Source: Phoronis australis (lineage: Eukaryota; Animalia; Phoronida). From it: DNA of 64,000 nucleotides. A program made the translations under genes and the position numbers. Shown here in pieces: positions 36,358 through 51,300 of this stretch (the stretch's first letter is position 1; every line of letters starts with the position of its first letter). The notes under the pieces were generated by a model. It saw only the letters and a list, made by a program, of their open reading frames with translations, was not told where the DNA came from and searched no databases. Where the stretch lies: the NCBI GenBank assembly GCA_002633005.1, contig NMRA01000277.1, forward strand, positions 359,363-423,362, read 5' to 3'.

Positions 36358-39300
36358 ATGTCGGACAAGGAAGTAATTGGTGTGTTAACACTTTTTACGA
36401 CGTTTCTGTTATGGTTAACGCCATCGTCAGCACAAACAAAGTAAGTATTTTCGTAACAAAATGTTAGGGAATGTACGGTGGTTTTTCGGGAATGTTAAAA
36501 GTAGACCACGTGTAGAGGCGCCAAGCTTCACATTTTGTGTAGAAAATACTAAATGTGGAAATTAAANGTATGTCTTATGGTTACCACATAAAAACGAAAA
36601 AGGTGACTTGAATTGAATTCCTGAAATAAAAAGCTTACCGTTTTTTTAATGTAAAAGTTGTTTACGTCTAAATTCCTCGCAAGGAAAAGTAACCCGAACG
36701 TTTCGATACAGGCGACATGATTACGTTGTATGTGCCAAATAACAGTGAATTACTGCGTTCTGTTTGAACGGCGACAGCCTACACTATCGAGACGATCGAG
36801 TCGACGTATCGCTTACTACTTGGGAATTCGTAACTACATTTTTGTTTACGTGAAAACGGCTTTCCAGATCCTTCCAAAGTTTGTCGGTCGTGCGCGCGTT
36901 TAGTTGTGGAAATGTTTAATGGCGACCTTGAACTAATTGTAAGCACATGTGTGCGTTGCAGAGCTGACATTCTGGTTCAGGATGCAACTGCAAGACGGCA
37001 ACAAGTCGGTCTATGTTTGAATTTTGTGGAGCATAATCAACAAATTCTCGAATACACTGTAGCTGAGGTCTTGCAAAAACGATGGGTATTTGTTTCACGA
37101 CCTCCGCACTTGGAAACAACTCACACTTGCACACAACGCATTTCGGCTTAAAACGTTCTCATACAAAAAATTATTAGCCTTCCTACATACCAGTAACGAA
37201 TTACATAACTTTCGAACAGTTAAAGTTGCCACTTCGGATAATGTGAATGTGATGCATTTAGTTATTTCATTCTGGAATCGAGATACCCCGCGGTCATCAA
37301 AGGCACTGAAATATGGTTTTATTCTTCGGTGCTAAAAAAGTTATTCATTTCAAGTTATCAACAATCTTTGGTGTACCACAGAAAATGAGATTGCTTATCA
37401 TAAATTAACTGTCTTTGCTTTGTCATTTTGCTGGATGATAAATTATTTCAAAACCTGAAAAATTAGATGAATGCGGTAAACATTGTTCACGATTATGAGT
37501 CATTTTGTACCACTCTGGTGCCAACCATGTATTAACGACAGCAGATGGCGCCCTTCAATAACATTCACCGTCATACGGACCAATATTTTGTGTCCACCTT
37601 GACGCGTTAACCAACGCATTATAACACCATTTCAGCTAAATATTTACAGTGCTAGCTGTGTACAGTCTGTCACGTCACGTGTATCTATTCTGCAACTTTA
37701 TTCTGCAAAAAACGACCTGTGCAATACAAACACGAGTTCCAGTTCCGGCGAACCCTGGAAACTAGGCATCGTACGGTTGAAAATAGGTCTTTGTTATGGT
37801 TTACAAGAAATGAAGCTGTCCACCCCCCACCAAGTTGGCAGGACGGGAGACAACGTTAAAATCCCCAGCCGAGGTCATGCTCTAGTTGTTAGTGTGCACA
37901 GACACGATAAGCACTAATGATTTAACTTGTGTTAAAAATACTCTTAATTCCATTCTTGCTCGAACTTGTAATACGTACATTTAGGACCTCATTGACAAGC
38001 CGTCTGTATTTAGCCACTTGTCCAGATTAGGCTTTCATGAAAATTATCAAAGTCCTACTTTTTGTCAGCCTCTCATGCCAAAGTAGGTCATTTAAAAAAC
38101 AATTGCTTTCAGCGTTTTAGAGAAAATGCATAAACCCTAAACATGTAGTATCTGAAAGTTTCATACGAATCTGAGCAGTCATGTCTGAGATTCATTGTTC
38201 TCAAGTTATTCAAATTTGGTCATTTTTCTATGAAACTGCCCTTTTCCATCAGTTCCCCACGTAATGCTTTCCCAACGTTACATTATTCCATATACAAAAC
38301 ATGCAGGTTTGATAACGAGAATTTGATTTTTACTTTTCACTTTCTGGTGGTGCACAGACAGCATCACTGGACTGTTTTCAGTGCTGTTAGTCGACGTATA
38401 TTGTACAGCATTCGACGGTGCTATGAAAAACCTCAAATACATGCCATTAAATGATGACATTTAAACCAATGAAAACAAACTGGAAATATGTTTAAGGTCG
38501 TTTAGGACCTCATCGACATGTCGGTGTTCAGTCGCAACCAATATTAAATTTCTTATTGAAGCGTTTTGGGGTTTGAAAACATCCCCACTCTTATGAGTCC
38601 CGGATTGATGCCCCAGAATTCAAGTTGCATTTCCAAGCAATGCTTGTTACATGATCCCCATGGGATTTGCAGTTTTGGGGATTGTCGCCCACGCTAATAC
38701 ATGTACATCAGGCCAGGGAGTGTTTTTAGAGTCACGTTTCGATGTTCCAGTTGGTAACGGATGTTAGGGGAACGATTTTGTGAGCAGAAGCAGCTTCATT
38801 CATTTCTTCTCTTTTCGACCGCTAAATTCTGAGGAATCGCGTGATTGACATTCGTGAGTCCTGCGTGGCTGGCCTGGCTCCTCGATGCCAGTCCATTTCC
38901 ATTCACGAAGCCTGGATGTATACCAGAGTGTCTTCGTAACTGTTTTGCAATTTGTTTTTATATGGAAAAAGAAGCCAAAATTTTACACAACTGTCCAATA
39001 TTGGTCTGAGCTAAAGGTTGACGTCAACCGGGCTGGCTTAAATTTCGACCGCTGTGGCGTTGCGGCAGTAGTTATCAGAGTGGACACTAACTGTAATAAA
39101 CCAACCGAAGATACGTAAACAAAACTGGGCCTAATTTAGAACGTATGATTAGCACACCCACAGCCGTTGCATTAATTATGTGTAAAATGTGGTTCATCGG
39201 CAGAACGGTTCCCGGCTTGCATACGCCATGAAAAGAACGACCTAGGCCTATTTTGTCGAGAGGTCGGCATGACAAAAGCCTTACGCTGACACAACAGCTG

Positions 39301-42300
39301 GGAGAGTTGCATTCCGCTGTACAAACAATCTGCCTTGCTAGTGCTGTACGTGCGTGACAGTAATTGTTAAAAATGATGACATATGCGTGGCGTCGGGGCC
39401 ATTCCCAGTAATTTGCTGCGTTCAAGAGTAATTAACTCACAAACTATGGACAAAACGGTGTGAAATATCGTCGTCAGCGTCACCGCAGCTATCATAATAC
39501 ATCGTCATTCACCGAAAACCTAAAATTTAGTTTAATTCATTTCTGTTCACTCGTGGTTTCGAAGAGCTTCAATATGAGACCATAAACACGGTCGTCAGCT
39601 AAACCGCCGTAAGACGCGACTAGGCCTACTCCAGCCCAAAACTTAATTCCAGTGTGAGTGGCCGTTTCAATAAAGAGAAAGCAGATCCGCCGTGATCGGA
39701 GAAAGTGAATTTTTTAAGGAATAATACATGTAGTTAATCTGCAGTAATGTCTTCTTCCTCATTATTACGTGGACTAAGTTTGGAATTAGTTTGGGCACGA
39801 TTTTAATACTTAATTGACAACTATACATTGAACGTGAAGTTAACGTGATTGCCTGAACATTGTATACATTGTTCAGTTTGAGTCTATTAGTTTCTATACG
39901 AAAATTAAAAACCCCTGAACGGAAACGTGCCGAGCCTGATGGGGTCAAATGGCATATTAATTTCACTTCCCAAGTAACGCCCAGTGATCAAAATTTTATT
40001 TTCACGTTACAGCCCCAAATATCTTCTAACTGCTCCCAACATTCTGAGATTTGATGTGGAAGAAAGTGTGGTGATCACGATTTTAGAGGCCACCGAACCA
40101 GTGCAGTTAGAGCTATACCTGGAAGAATCTCCGCTGCGCGAGTGGCGAACAGAATCAGTGAGGGAACTCGTAGAACCAGGTAGGCTAATGTGGCGCCATC
40201 TACACTCGTTATTGAATCCAGTGCTTCAACATGAAAATGTTTTCCTAATGAACCGATCAATGGGTGGACAGGAGATACTGTAACTCTGTGTGCCGCCAAT
40301 GCGGGCCCATGACCATGACCGGGGGATCTGACTTCGAACAGCGACAGCCATTACAAAACGGCTTTGCATTGGTTCTAGATACCCCTGTAACTCCATCTCA
40401 GTGGGTCCACGCCTGCTATGGGAGTTTCCAATCCTGTTTAGAACAATTCGGTTTCAAAGGTAATATTGTATCCCCCTAAACTAAGATTTGGAAAATAGGC
40501 ACTATAGTAGTCAATGAGTTTGCTTCAGTGTTTTATTGTACTGGAGTACACAGTATATGCGTAGATTATTTTCATCACAAGACGAAAATCTATCAAGGAC
40601 GTGGCGGATTTAGAGGGGGGTCAAGGGGGGCCATGGCTTCCCCTAAAATTCTCCCAGATTCCATTTGGCAGTTCGGGCGTACGAATATCTGACGGGCAAA
40701 ATTCTGGCTAATACTCTACCTTGCCCCCCTTAACTCAAAATCCTGAATCCGCCTCTGCATGGCGTTATGTTAGTCGGTCTTTGGACGGGATATATTTGTG
40801 GTTATGACCCTGAGTTCCGGGGTAACCGAATGGATTAAGCAATTCCGAGAAAATATCTTGATCACGGAAGTGGACTAATTTTTGGCAGCTTAGCCGAATC
40901 GTTATCAGGAAGTTTTCCGGTTAATGCGAAATTATTAATGGTTTCAGTGTTGCCCGTCTTATCTGGGAGCGTTTCACGTTCATGACATTTTACATTTGTA
41001 TTTCCAAGAATCTAAGGGTATGTGAAGTAATTTAGTAACTGGAACTTAGAGTTTCTGGGAGCAGCGAATTCAGATAATTGTAAAAAGAAACAAGTTATCA
41101 ACGACTTTACTCTTTCGTTATCGGAGTTGCTTACTAAAGACATGTCAACAACAAATTTATTGGTTCAATTTAACGCAATGAGGCAAGTCTATGTCATTCA
41201 TATTAGAATTTACATGCTTAAACAAGCAGGCAAAAAACAGAATCGGTTTACGTAATATCTTTGTTTAATTTTTGTTTCAGGTGTTCCCACCGAAATCAAA
41301 ATCAAGGCACCATCTGACAAGTCGTACACAGTATTGGAAGACCGGCGTTACGTCTTCCTCGTTGCCAAGGGCACCTCCAATGAGCTTGAGTTTCAAAAGG
41401 AAGTCGAGATCCTTGTTACCCCACAAAATGGATTCGTCTTCATACAGACAGACAAGCCAATTTACACGCCCAATCAGGAAGGTTAGTGCTGGCACTATAC
41501 GACCCGTCTACACGCTGTGACTTTTCGGCTTGGCCTACGACCGTAGTTGTGTCCACCAGCGCAAGTTGGGTGACGTGCGCTAGGTTAAAGGTGCATTTTG
41601 CCCTGCTTAGCTGGCTGAAAACGAACCGAATTAACCCATCTGCTCTCATAAATTAGTATAATAATATTTGTTACTATCATGCATGTACAGTTGCCAACTT
41701 CAGTCATGTGCAATGCTTAGGCTTACACGCACCTTTTTGAATTCGCAATTTTAGGGTTAGGCATACCCAATAAACTCTGAAGTGTTTTCTTAGGTTCTCG
41801 ATGGTTCCCGTAATCTCGCTAGTAACGAGAGTAGAATCCTATCACGAAAAGAATATTGCGAGATTGATTTTTTCAGTGTGAAGAATCTAGTTTTATTTTT
41901 GCCCTTCAACCAGTTAATGCAGGTCGGCAGTGGGTGTAGATGCTGGCATTCATTATCGCACTCGAGGTATAGTTGCCGCTCTCGTGAGAGTATGTCTGAC
42001 TTAGTGGAAAGTCCATTCTTAAGAAAACAGATTTCTTAACATTTGACCAAAATTACTGAACTGCCTAGTATTATACGCTAGTTGGGGCAAGAAATGTTTA
42101 TTGACCTGGTCAAACGCATGCAGCGTTAGCGGATCGGGATGTCGCCAGGACAATCGCAATTTTCAAAAAAGAAATGTCCGCACAAGACTTAAATACCCGA
42201 CACTCCGCCAGAGTCGTTTGGATCATTTCCGTGGCCAAGAGGCACCCCCAACGGCGGCCCGGGAGGGCGTATATTTATCACAAGGTGCACTAACGGTTCA

Positions 42301-45300
42301 ACTTATGTCCTCAAAATGTCCTTCCGTTTGCAGTGTGTGGTAAACCTACAGGCTGCAACGAGTCAATAACCTGAGGTGGCCGAGGTTAAATTATTCTTGT
42401 TCTGGTCTCTGAAATGTCAAAACAAAGTTGGTTAACTTACAGATTTGACTGCCATCTATCGGCCAGCCAGTCAATTACATACGTAATCAAGAATGGGTGG
42501 AACGTAGTTTGCTACCGAATATGTCGTTAATCTGTTTATGTTTATTTGCAGTGCAAGTCCGAATTGTGCAGGTTGACCACTTGATGAAACCTCGTGACAC
42601 TCCAATTCAAATTGATGTTTTGGTAAGGCACAAAGCGGCATGGTAACCAATAACTTTTAAATTACTTACATGTACAACATTTTAACCCCTTTACAGTAAG
42701 ATATTTGTGGGATATTGTCAGTGCATTGTGGGAAACCTTTGTTTCAAGAATGAAATTGAAGTATGAGCACCAACATTTCCAGCCAACAGGTGGCGAGGAA
42801 AATGTATATCCGAGCCGTAAAGTGGTACGTGCTAAAAACTGGCGCCTGTTTTTTTTTCAGTCCTGATGCGATTCGTTATCACCGTCAATTCAACCTGACC
42901 AACATGTGTAAAAGCATGTAAACCATGGATCAGAAAACATTTACTATCGACTCGTTTTAGACAAAACTACGTATTAACTAATTCGCGTCATGAGTATTTC
43001 CACAAATCGTGAAGGCAGCTAAGTGCGCAAATGCCGCGAAGCATAGTCATGCCCACAATTACACGTAGTGTCATCTGGCGGTTGATGTTTCACCGAACTA
43101 TCGTGCTTTGGCGGAGATTATGACCATGCGAAACGGTAAAATACAAAAAAGAGCATAGATCAAAAAAGTAAGTACGTGCCACGCCCAAGACATGACGTAA
43201 ACCCGTTAAAAGGGAAATGTACGTTGATTTTGAAAGTTTCTAAATTGATACGCTTTCTCTCTTATTAGAATAACACTTTATAAAAGGATGCCAAACCCGG
43301 CTTTGGGCTATGAACGGATATCAAAATATCGTTTCCACATAGCTCTCTGAAATAAAATAATGCTCAGTGTAACCCTCGACAACCGACCTTAACAGGATAC
43401 TGTATCAACCCCGGTATTGGCCTACATGTACTAAAACGAACATTCCCATCCAATTCCCTGAAACAAAATAATAATTTGTAGCCATCGACGAAAAATTTCA
43501 GGAACTCGTTTCGAAGTCTGCTAGACGGGCAAGTGTGACCTACGCTTCTAGCGATCGAATTTTAAGACAACTGTGGAGAAAGACCATCCACCAAGAAACA
43601 TAAATCCAATCTCAAACACAGGGAATATAAGTTTTTAGTTAATTCCTGCTTTTTTTCTCAAGATTGGCACCAATGATCCATTATCTGGTGACAGAATGAG
43701 GATTGGCTGAAATCAACAAAACGGGGTTTAATGTCCTTTTAAAAGTTTCGAGCAGTTTATCCCAAACTGGTACTGTAGGTGTGACTTACGGTCTAAGAAA
43801 ACTGCATGTACACGACAACTGTGGGGAAAGGGCATCTACCACAAACCATAACATCCTATCTGTGTCTAAGAATGAATAAGATTTTAGTTGATACCTGCTT
43901 TTATATCTCAAGTGTGACGTCAATTACTTATTAGCAGCTGGCAGAACGAGATTTAAACAGCGACGTCTACCGCCAACGTGAGACATCAAAGTTGTTTAAT
44001 GTTTGTGTGATGCCAAACAATGAGTTCTATTGTATTCTTAGAATCCTAAAGGAATAGTCGTTGAGAGAAAAACAGATGTGTCGATCCCCAATGGATACTA
44101 CTCGAAGACTTTTACGTTTCCGGCACTACCTAACTTTGGAAACTGGTCGATCAGTGTGCATTATGGGAAGGACAAGAAGTTAAACGAAACAGTGCAGTTT
44201 GAGGTGAAAGAGTACGGTAAGTACATGAACATTTGGTTTTACATTGGGTAGCAGACGGAGACGTGTCATGATGCCCGGATGAAATATGGTCGAACTGCAG
44301 ACATTTCTAATGAAGGTGACTTTTCGCTATGGTTATAAAAATAAAGTTTATCGAATTTAAATATCTTAATATACATACAACTCTTTACAAGTTGTTTTTT
44401 TTTCAGTTCTCCCGACCTTCTCCGTGAAAGTGAAAACTCCAGAATACATTTTGAATAAGATTTACTTCATCCCAGTAGAAGTTCATGCACAGTAAGTATC
44501 AAAATCAAAGCAAGATGAACATGGATTTTTCCGAACTTGATGTCAATTGGTTCAGAAGCACTCTGAAGTACTGGCAAATGGTCGTTGCGGAAAACTGATT
44601 TAAATATCACGTCAAACCAGTAGAATAGAAACGGGCTAGTGGAATGAGTAACCGCTAGATGGAGCAAGTGGTTGATGTGTCTGTGACTAGGTGACTGCGA
44701 GCCTTAGCAAAATAGCGTGACAGCTTCTTTATTAGGCCGGGAGGAACTTTTGATACATTGGTGACCACACATTTAAGCCCGGGATCTGTTTTTTTTTTAA
44801 CTCGAAGTCAATCTCGAAATTATTTTCGACATTTTCATTTTGATTTTTGTGGTAGCTCAAGATAAATTTCTATTATTCTATGCTTGAGTACAAAAAATTA
44901 CCGTCTAATCCTACCTGGCACTAGATGAGCCCGGCATTAAGGCTAACCTTTCGAGTATGAAGTCAAAAGTTCTAGCTTTTACTCGAAATCTCGAGTTTAC
45001 AATCGAGTTTGTAATTCGAAGCTATTGATCACCACGTGCTAACGTGGAGTAGGAAGTCTGTCATATGCATAAATCACAATGTACTCTTGCACAGAATAAT
45101 AGAGTTTGACACTTATCTTGAGTTCGCACTAAAAGTAGAATAGAAAAGGCAAAAAAAAAATTCGAGTTCGATTTCGGTGCACAAAGGTTAAGAACTTGGG
45201 TCTCAGGCGCGAGATAACTATTGCAGGTAGGAGTTCAAAGATGTAAACTGCCAGTAATATAATGACATAGGCGCAACGATGTCGACTGTGGTGAGCGTAG

Positions 45301-48300
45301 AGGGGGTAGTCAATAATAATAAGAAATCGAAAAGTTAAATATTCTGAAGATTCCGAAGAGACTCTGTGAGAGCTTGTCTTCTGGGTTTTCATTCTTAACA
45401 TATCCCTGAGGTGAAATCCTGACTTGTTTCAGATACGTCTTTGGAAAAAATGTTAGCGGACCGGTGACCATACGCCTGGGTGTGGAGACAGAAAATGAAC
45501 TAAAGATTTTTGGAACAAAGACAGGAAGAGTAAGTGCAGACGTAATATCGCCCACTAAAGCGCCGCCCCGTGGCCTGCTTCTAGAAGACTACAGTTGTGT
45601 AGCCGAAAGTTGATTTTGATTTTTTGTTAATGACTTTTTTTTTAATCATCTCCCGAGCAGGCTTTTTCGTGTTTTAGACATATTTTCTACCTACATGTAT
45701 GATCAAACTGGCAATTGTTTTTATTGTACATGTAAATGGTAAATAACTTGCGGTGGTGCGTCTTTTGGAAAGGTATATTTTTATCAATATTACACAGAGT
45801 ACGCTCTGGTACTCGTGACATGTCTCTTGTTTTGACACTTTCGACCTGTCAGTTTATTTTGTGTTTGTGCTTTTACAGATGTCAAATGCCGGTTACGTGA
45901 CCTCATTTACGACACGTGACATACAGGTGCTAGGAGCGGATTTCTGGTTTCTTAAAGGTGCCAAATTATATGTTGAAGCTACTGTTCGTGAACAGGAATC
46001 AGGCATTCAACAAGTTGGCAAAGCAAGGAATACGGTATTCGTCACAGCACCGTACAATATCAAACTTTCAAGAACACGGTCCTTTTTCAAGCCCGGATTG
46101 TCTTTTACAGCGGAGGTAATTATATCATTCTGCTCTACGTCGTGATTCGGTACCACAATTCCCAAACAATCAAGCTATTACGAATAACCCCACGTGAGAA
46201 CAAAAAACGCGCAACCCCTGCTTTGGAAAGCTACATTTGTATATGTATACATGTGTATGCAGGGCTTTGTTCCAAGTAGTTAACCTAAGATCATGCGTGC
46301 CCTATGTTTAAGTTCATTAAAAATTGTTCACCCAGCGTACAGCTAAGCGTAAGTCTAATATTGCCAAAAGCCCTGGAAATTATCGTCAGCAGTCCTCTGT
46401 GAATGCTTACTCTGTCGCCAAGGTTACATACATTGAGTAGTAACGCCATCCCTGTCGTTCAAAACATTCGTTATCACATGTTCAATGTAAATAAATACCT
46501 TGCTTCGGGTTATGATTGACAATATTTCAACATTGAACATTAAGTTAACATGTTTGTATATTATCTCATATATCAGATCGATGTGACGCACGTGAACGGT
46601 AAACCAGCAAAGGAAACGGGCATTAACGTGTCCACCACCTTCCGCAATCAAAATGGCGAGGCCATACCGCCATCGTTCGACGCCATTGAGTTGACCAATG
46701 AAAAGGGCCAGGCATCCGTGAGGGTCAGGCCACCTTCCAACGCTCATACTGCAGTAATTCAGGTACCTCTTTCCCTTAGTCACATCTAAAAGAACCGGTG
46801 AGCATTTGTATAAAATATAAGAGATATTTAAGTCACAAAGTTTTTTATAAATCAACCTAATTCCACAAACATTGTTCTCAGTTGCTGCCATAGGTGGCAG
46901 GATTAAATATAGATAACGACTTGTGAGTTAACGCCTGTGTATCCAAACGGTTACAGTATACTGTGAGTTAACACATTCATACTCAAACCGTTACAGCATC
47001 CTGTGGTTTAGTGCGACTCAAGAAAAATATCCACACTTGGTTAACTTCAGAAATGGCCGATAGATTCAAATTAAACTTTCAGAGACGATGTTATATTCAC
47101 GGATATACAACATTCTGTAAGGAATAGTGTTCATAGTGTACCTCTTTGTTATGCGGGACTGGGAGAAAAATGAGAATCAGAATGTCAGACCTGAAAATAT
47201 CAACAGCCTTATTCTAAAGGCTTCCTACTTCAGAAAAAATATACTTATATGCTATTTGGGATTGTCTTTCTGTGACATTTGACTTAATATGAACAGCTGA
47301 CGATGGTCTGGCATAATCTTAATGAACAAGTGCGTGTACATATACATTCATTCTACGCCTAGATTGTACATTTTTCAGGTTTTTGAATTTGCTAATTTTT
47401 ACCTAATACCGTCACGCTGACGTTTTTCGTTCAACAAATCCTTTCCAATATTTAGGTTATTAATGAGAATTTTCGTCTTCGATAGGTATTGACACACACT
47501 GACGTTGCTGAGACTGAGGAATTTACTCTGAGGTCGGCCTTCTCCTCCAGCGGCAGCTACTTGCTAGCAGAAGTCAAGAGCGAACAGCCCGTGGCGGTAA
47601 GGCGTGTTTTAGAGTGATATACTGAATAAGAATAAGCTTACACCTGTAGCTTGTTCACGTGTTGGTTGATCGTGGCGTAAATATTTGTACGATTGTTGTG
47701 GTTGTGAACAGACTGCTGCAGTGTGGTTTCTCACACTCAAAAATGAACATCGGGTGGCTCAGTGTAATTCATCGAAATTGCGCGTTTGTCGGTCTTATCC
47801 ATTGAGAATAGACTTTCCGGTTGGGGGATTTTTCGGTTTAGAGCGAGGATGGCAGGACATTCCTCATACCGTTGCAATAAGGCCAAAAGGCACGGCTGGT
47901 TCCGATCTCGGTCATAGTTCTATATTTTAGTTTCTCACTCTAAAATATCCCACCTCAGAAGAGTGAAAATGATGTTATTTGGCACTCATGGCTTGGCAAA
48001 TCATGCAGCTTTTCAAAAACAAGACACGCCAAGGTCCAGATTCTAATCTCCAAACCCAGATTCGATTCAGACTCAGACTCAAAACTAACCAATCGCTCGA
48101 CATTGGTCAAGCTTCTAGTAAAGAGATTAAACGCCGTGTTCAGACGTTGGCTGTCATTGATAAGTCTGGGCGATTTGTTTAGTCAGTGGGCACAGGTCTC
48201 AGAATAAAACAGACCAGAGCCAACAGGTGTCCTTGCTGTCCTGTATGAATTATTGCTGCCACAATGGATTTTATTGTTATTCTTAACGCCACTGCTAGCT

Positions 48301-51300
48301 TAGTTATTTGTACAAGTTTAGATATTTCAAGACTATAATTACGTATATTGTACTGGTATTTGTTCTTTTTAGGTGGGCGATGCCGTAAGGGTTGAAATCA
48401 CAGCGACAAAACCGTCCGATGTGAGCAACTTGGTTTACATGGTTACGTCTGGGGGCAGATCAATAAAGACAGGAGTTATACCTGGACCGTCATTTCCACA
48501 TCAGCTGTCGATTCCTGTAGTGGCGTCCATGTCGCCATCGGCTCGTTTATTGGTTTATTATGTACATGGAAACGAGGTCGTGTCCGATTCACTTCTGATG
48601 GATATCGCGGATCAATGTGGAAACCAGGTACGGCACGTATTTCCAGTTGGATAAATTTTCAACTTTGTTGGCTGTGTTTACGTTCACTGAAACATTTTAC
48701 TGAATGGATATAAATGTACCATGTTAATGTCTGTGCAACTTGTTGGTAACTTTAAGAGCTAAACGCGTGCTTCCTTAATGGTGCCGCGCGGCAATACGAT
48801 TGTGTACAGTCAAACTGTCTGTCTATTCAAAGGTCGTCGTTTCAACTAACAAGCGGCAGTACAAGCCGAAAGACTTCGTAACTGTCGAAGTGAAAGCTGA
48901 CCCTCATACGAAGGTGGCCATGCTCGCTGTTGACCAAGCTGTCTATCTGATGAACAGCAGGCACAGACTGACACCCAAGAAACTGTTTGACACAATGAAA
49001 TCTTGCGACACTGGCTGTGGAGTAGGCAGTGGTGTAAACAGCGATGACTTATTGCAGGTAACACGTGCTTGTAGGAGTCCAGCGACTCTCTGTCAAATAA
49101 TGGACAAGTGATGCTTCCCAACATCCATATTACCAACCAAATAACTAATTGGGAAACCAAGAAAATAGGTAACCGGCACAATATCAAAGGATAAAAATTC
49201 AAACCCATACAAAACAGTTTTCTGCGACTTTTGTTTTGAATATCATATTCATCCTGCTGAAGGGACCTACAAGTACCTTCGCCATCACAAAACCGAACAC
49301 TCACCTGAGATTATACCTGACAAACATATTACCGAGTAGAGACGATGGTGTACTCAGTTTGGTAGGGCGCACGTTCCACCTACCACTCCTCTGGTAGTGC
49401 CTTGCCTCCTCAACTACTAAATGTTTGAGTGAGTAGTTGGCCTACAGATGGTTTAGCAACTATAACTCAGTTCATTCACAGTTGCTTGAGCCAGCGTGTA
49501 CGGAGGTTGGCCCAATAACTAAATTTTGTAATATAGGACAATTTTCAAGTACTTACATGTATAGAAAAGCACGCACACGTTAAACCATGACATTTCATTT
49601 CAGGGCATGGGTTTAACTGCTTTGTCCAATGCCGATGTCCAGGGTTTCCCTCGCACAGCTTTTGGATGCAGTGACCACCACATTTTACTACGGAAGAAAA
49701 GAAGGGCGTCGCCCATTCCCCGACGGCCATGGATTGGGGGTAGCCCTGATTCGGTTATGACAAACTCTCAGTGTTGTGCTGTGGGCAGGCAACGACGCAG
49801 AGGAACATGCTTGGAGCGCATGGGCAGAGAACTTTTCGGCGTCAGCGCTTCCTGCCGGACGAAGTTTTTGAAGTGTTGCAATGAGGGGCCGCTACGCCCT
49901 CAACCAAATGGACCTGATTTTGACACGATTCAAATAGGTGAGTCAAGTCATAACATGGACGTCGCAGCACTAAAAAAACTGGGTTGCTATAGTATAGCCC
50001 CCCTCCCCCAACCCCCTACGGTACCCCGCCCATTCATAAGCCAAATTAACTCTTTCAACATTCATCCAAATGGAACTTGATTTCAAACATCCAGGCAGCG
50101 CTAAGTAGGTCAAGACAGAATCATAACCTTCTGGATAAATCTTTTCTAAAAAGCAATCGATGAAGTCCATTCGGACCATTGGTTTCTTGGTGTGGAACGC
50201 TAACTCACGGAAGCAGAAAACTCGAGTCACAGGACAAAAATAAAACAATGACTTTCAAAGACGTCACTTTGTCAGATATCAATTTAAAAAATAAATGGCC
50301 AAATAGAATCGTCTGGCAGTATTCAAACCGGCCATTGAGCTGCATAACATTCTTGTTCTGAGAACAATGCATTGAGTATAATTATTTAATTTTCTCACGG
50401 TGAACCACATTTCCCGTCACATTGTACATTTTTCAGCTGGACGCAACCAGCCAACTTCGACCGGTCGCGGGCCAGGTGGCCGCCTTGGGCATGCTGACCC
50501 AGTCACTTATCAATTCGAAGACATCCCAGCTTTAGAAGAAGTAATCGATAAAATCCCAGCTCGCGAAAATTTCGATGAAACCTGGATGTTCACCGAGCTT
50601 GAAGTTGGGTAAGTCTTTGTAGAGCGCTTTGAAGTAACGATTCGCATAGTGTGAAGGTGAGACAATAGAGGTCTCTAACGAAAGGGGAAAAACAGCCACC
50701 GAAGTAGATCATCTTGCCTGAAACGAATTTCAGCATGCACGTGTAAGTTAAGCAACTGCACAAAATGTGTCGCAACTTTCCCGCTGACATGATAGCAAAT
50801 AATTTGCATTCTCATTATGTAGACCAGTAACAAAGAGATTTTAGTCTTCGGTTTGTTTCAATGAAATCGTAGCTGATATCTCAGACTGTTTCGAAACCTG
50901 TCTTTAAATTTGTTGCAGAGCGGACGGCAAAGCCATATACCGGACCACGGCTCCCGACTCCATCACTACATGGGTGATACAAGCGTTTGGAATCAACCAA
51001 AATTCTGGTTTCTGTGTAGCCGAACCGAGCTCTACCAAGGTGTTTACGGAGTTCTTCATACAGCTGTCCTTGCCGTTTTCGGTCATTCGGCAAGAACAAG
51101 TCGAAGTCAGAGCAACGATTTTCAACTACGGTGACAACAACTTAGCTGTGAGTTCAAGTGAATGACTTTGCGACTCGAGATGAGACAAATGAATGTTGAG
51201 GCAGTAGGATAATGCCAACGGTGGTGAAATTGTTGGTTGTGATGAAGGGTACATGTATGATGGTGGTGGTGGTGGTGGTGGTGACGTGATGATGATGATG

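Noticed and set aside
36567-36567. Single N in C3 intron 1
   Set aside because: Assembly join or ambiguity; no flanking duplication seen, no biological inference.
36900-37170. Cys-rich minus-strand fragment (PKCVVCKCELFP, THRFCK in another frame) in C3 intron 1, faintly RING-like
   Set aside because: Needs several frameshifts and has no complete ligand pattern; unsupported without a profile search.
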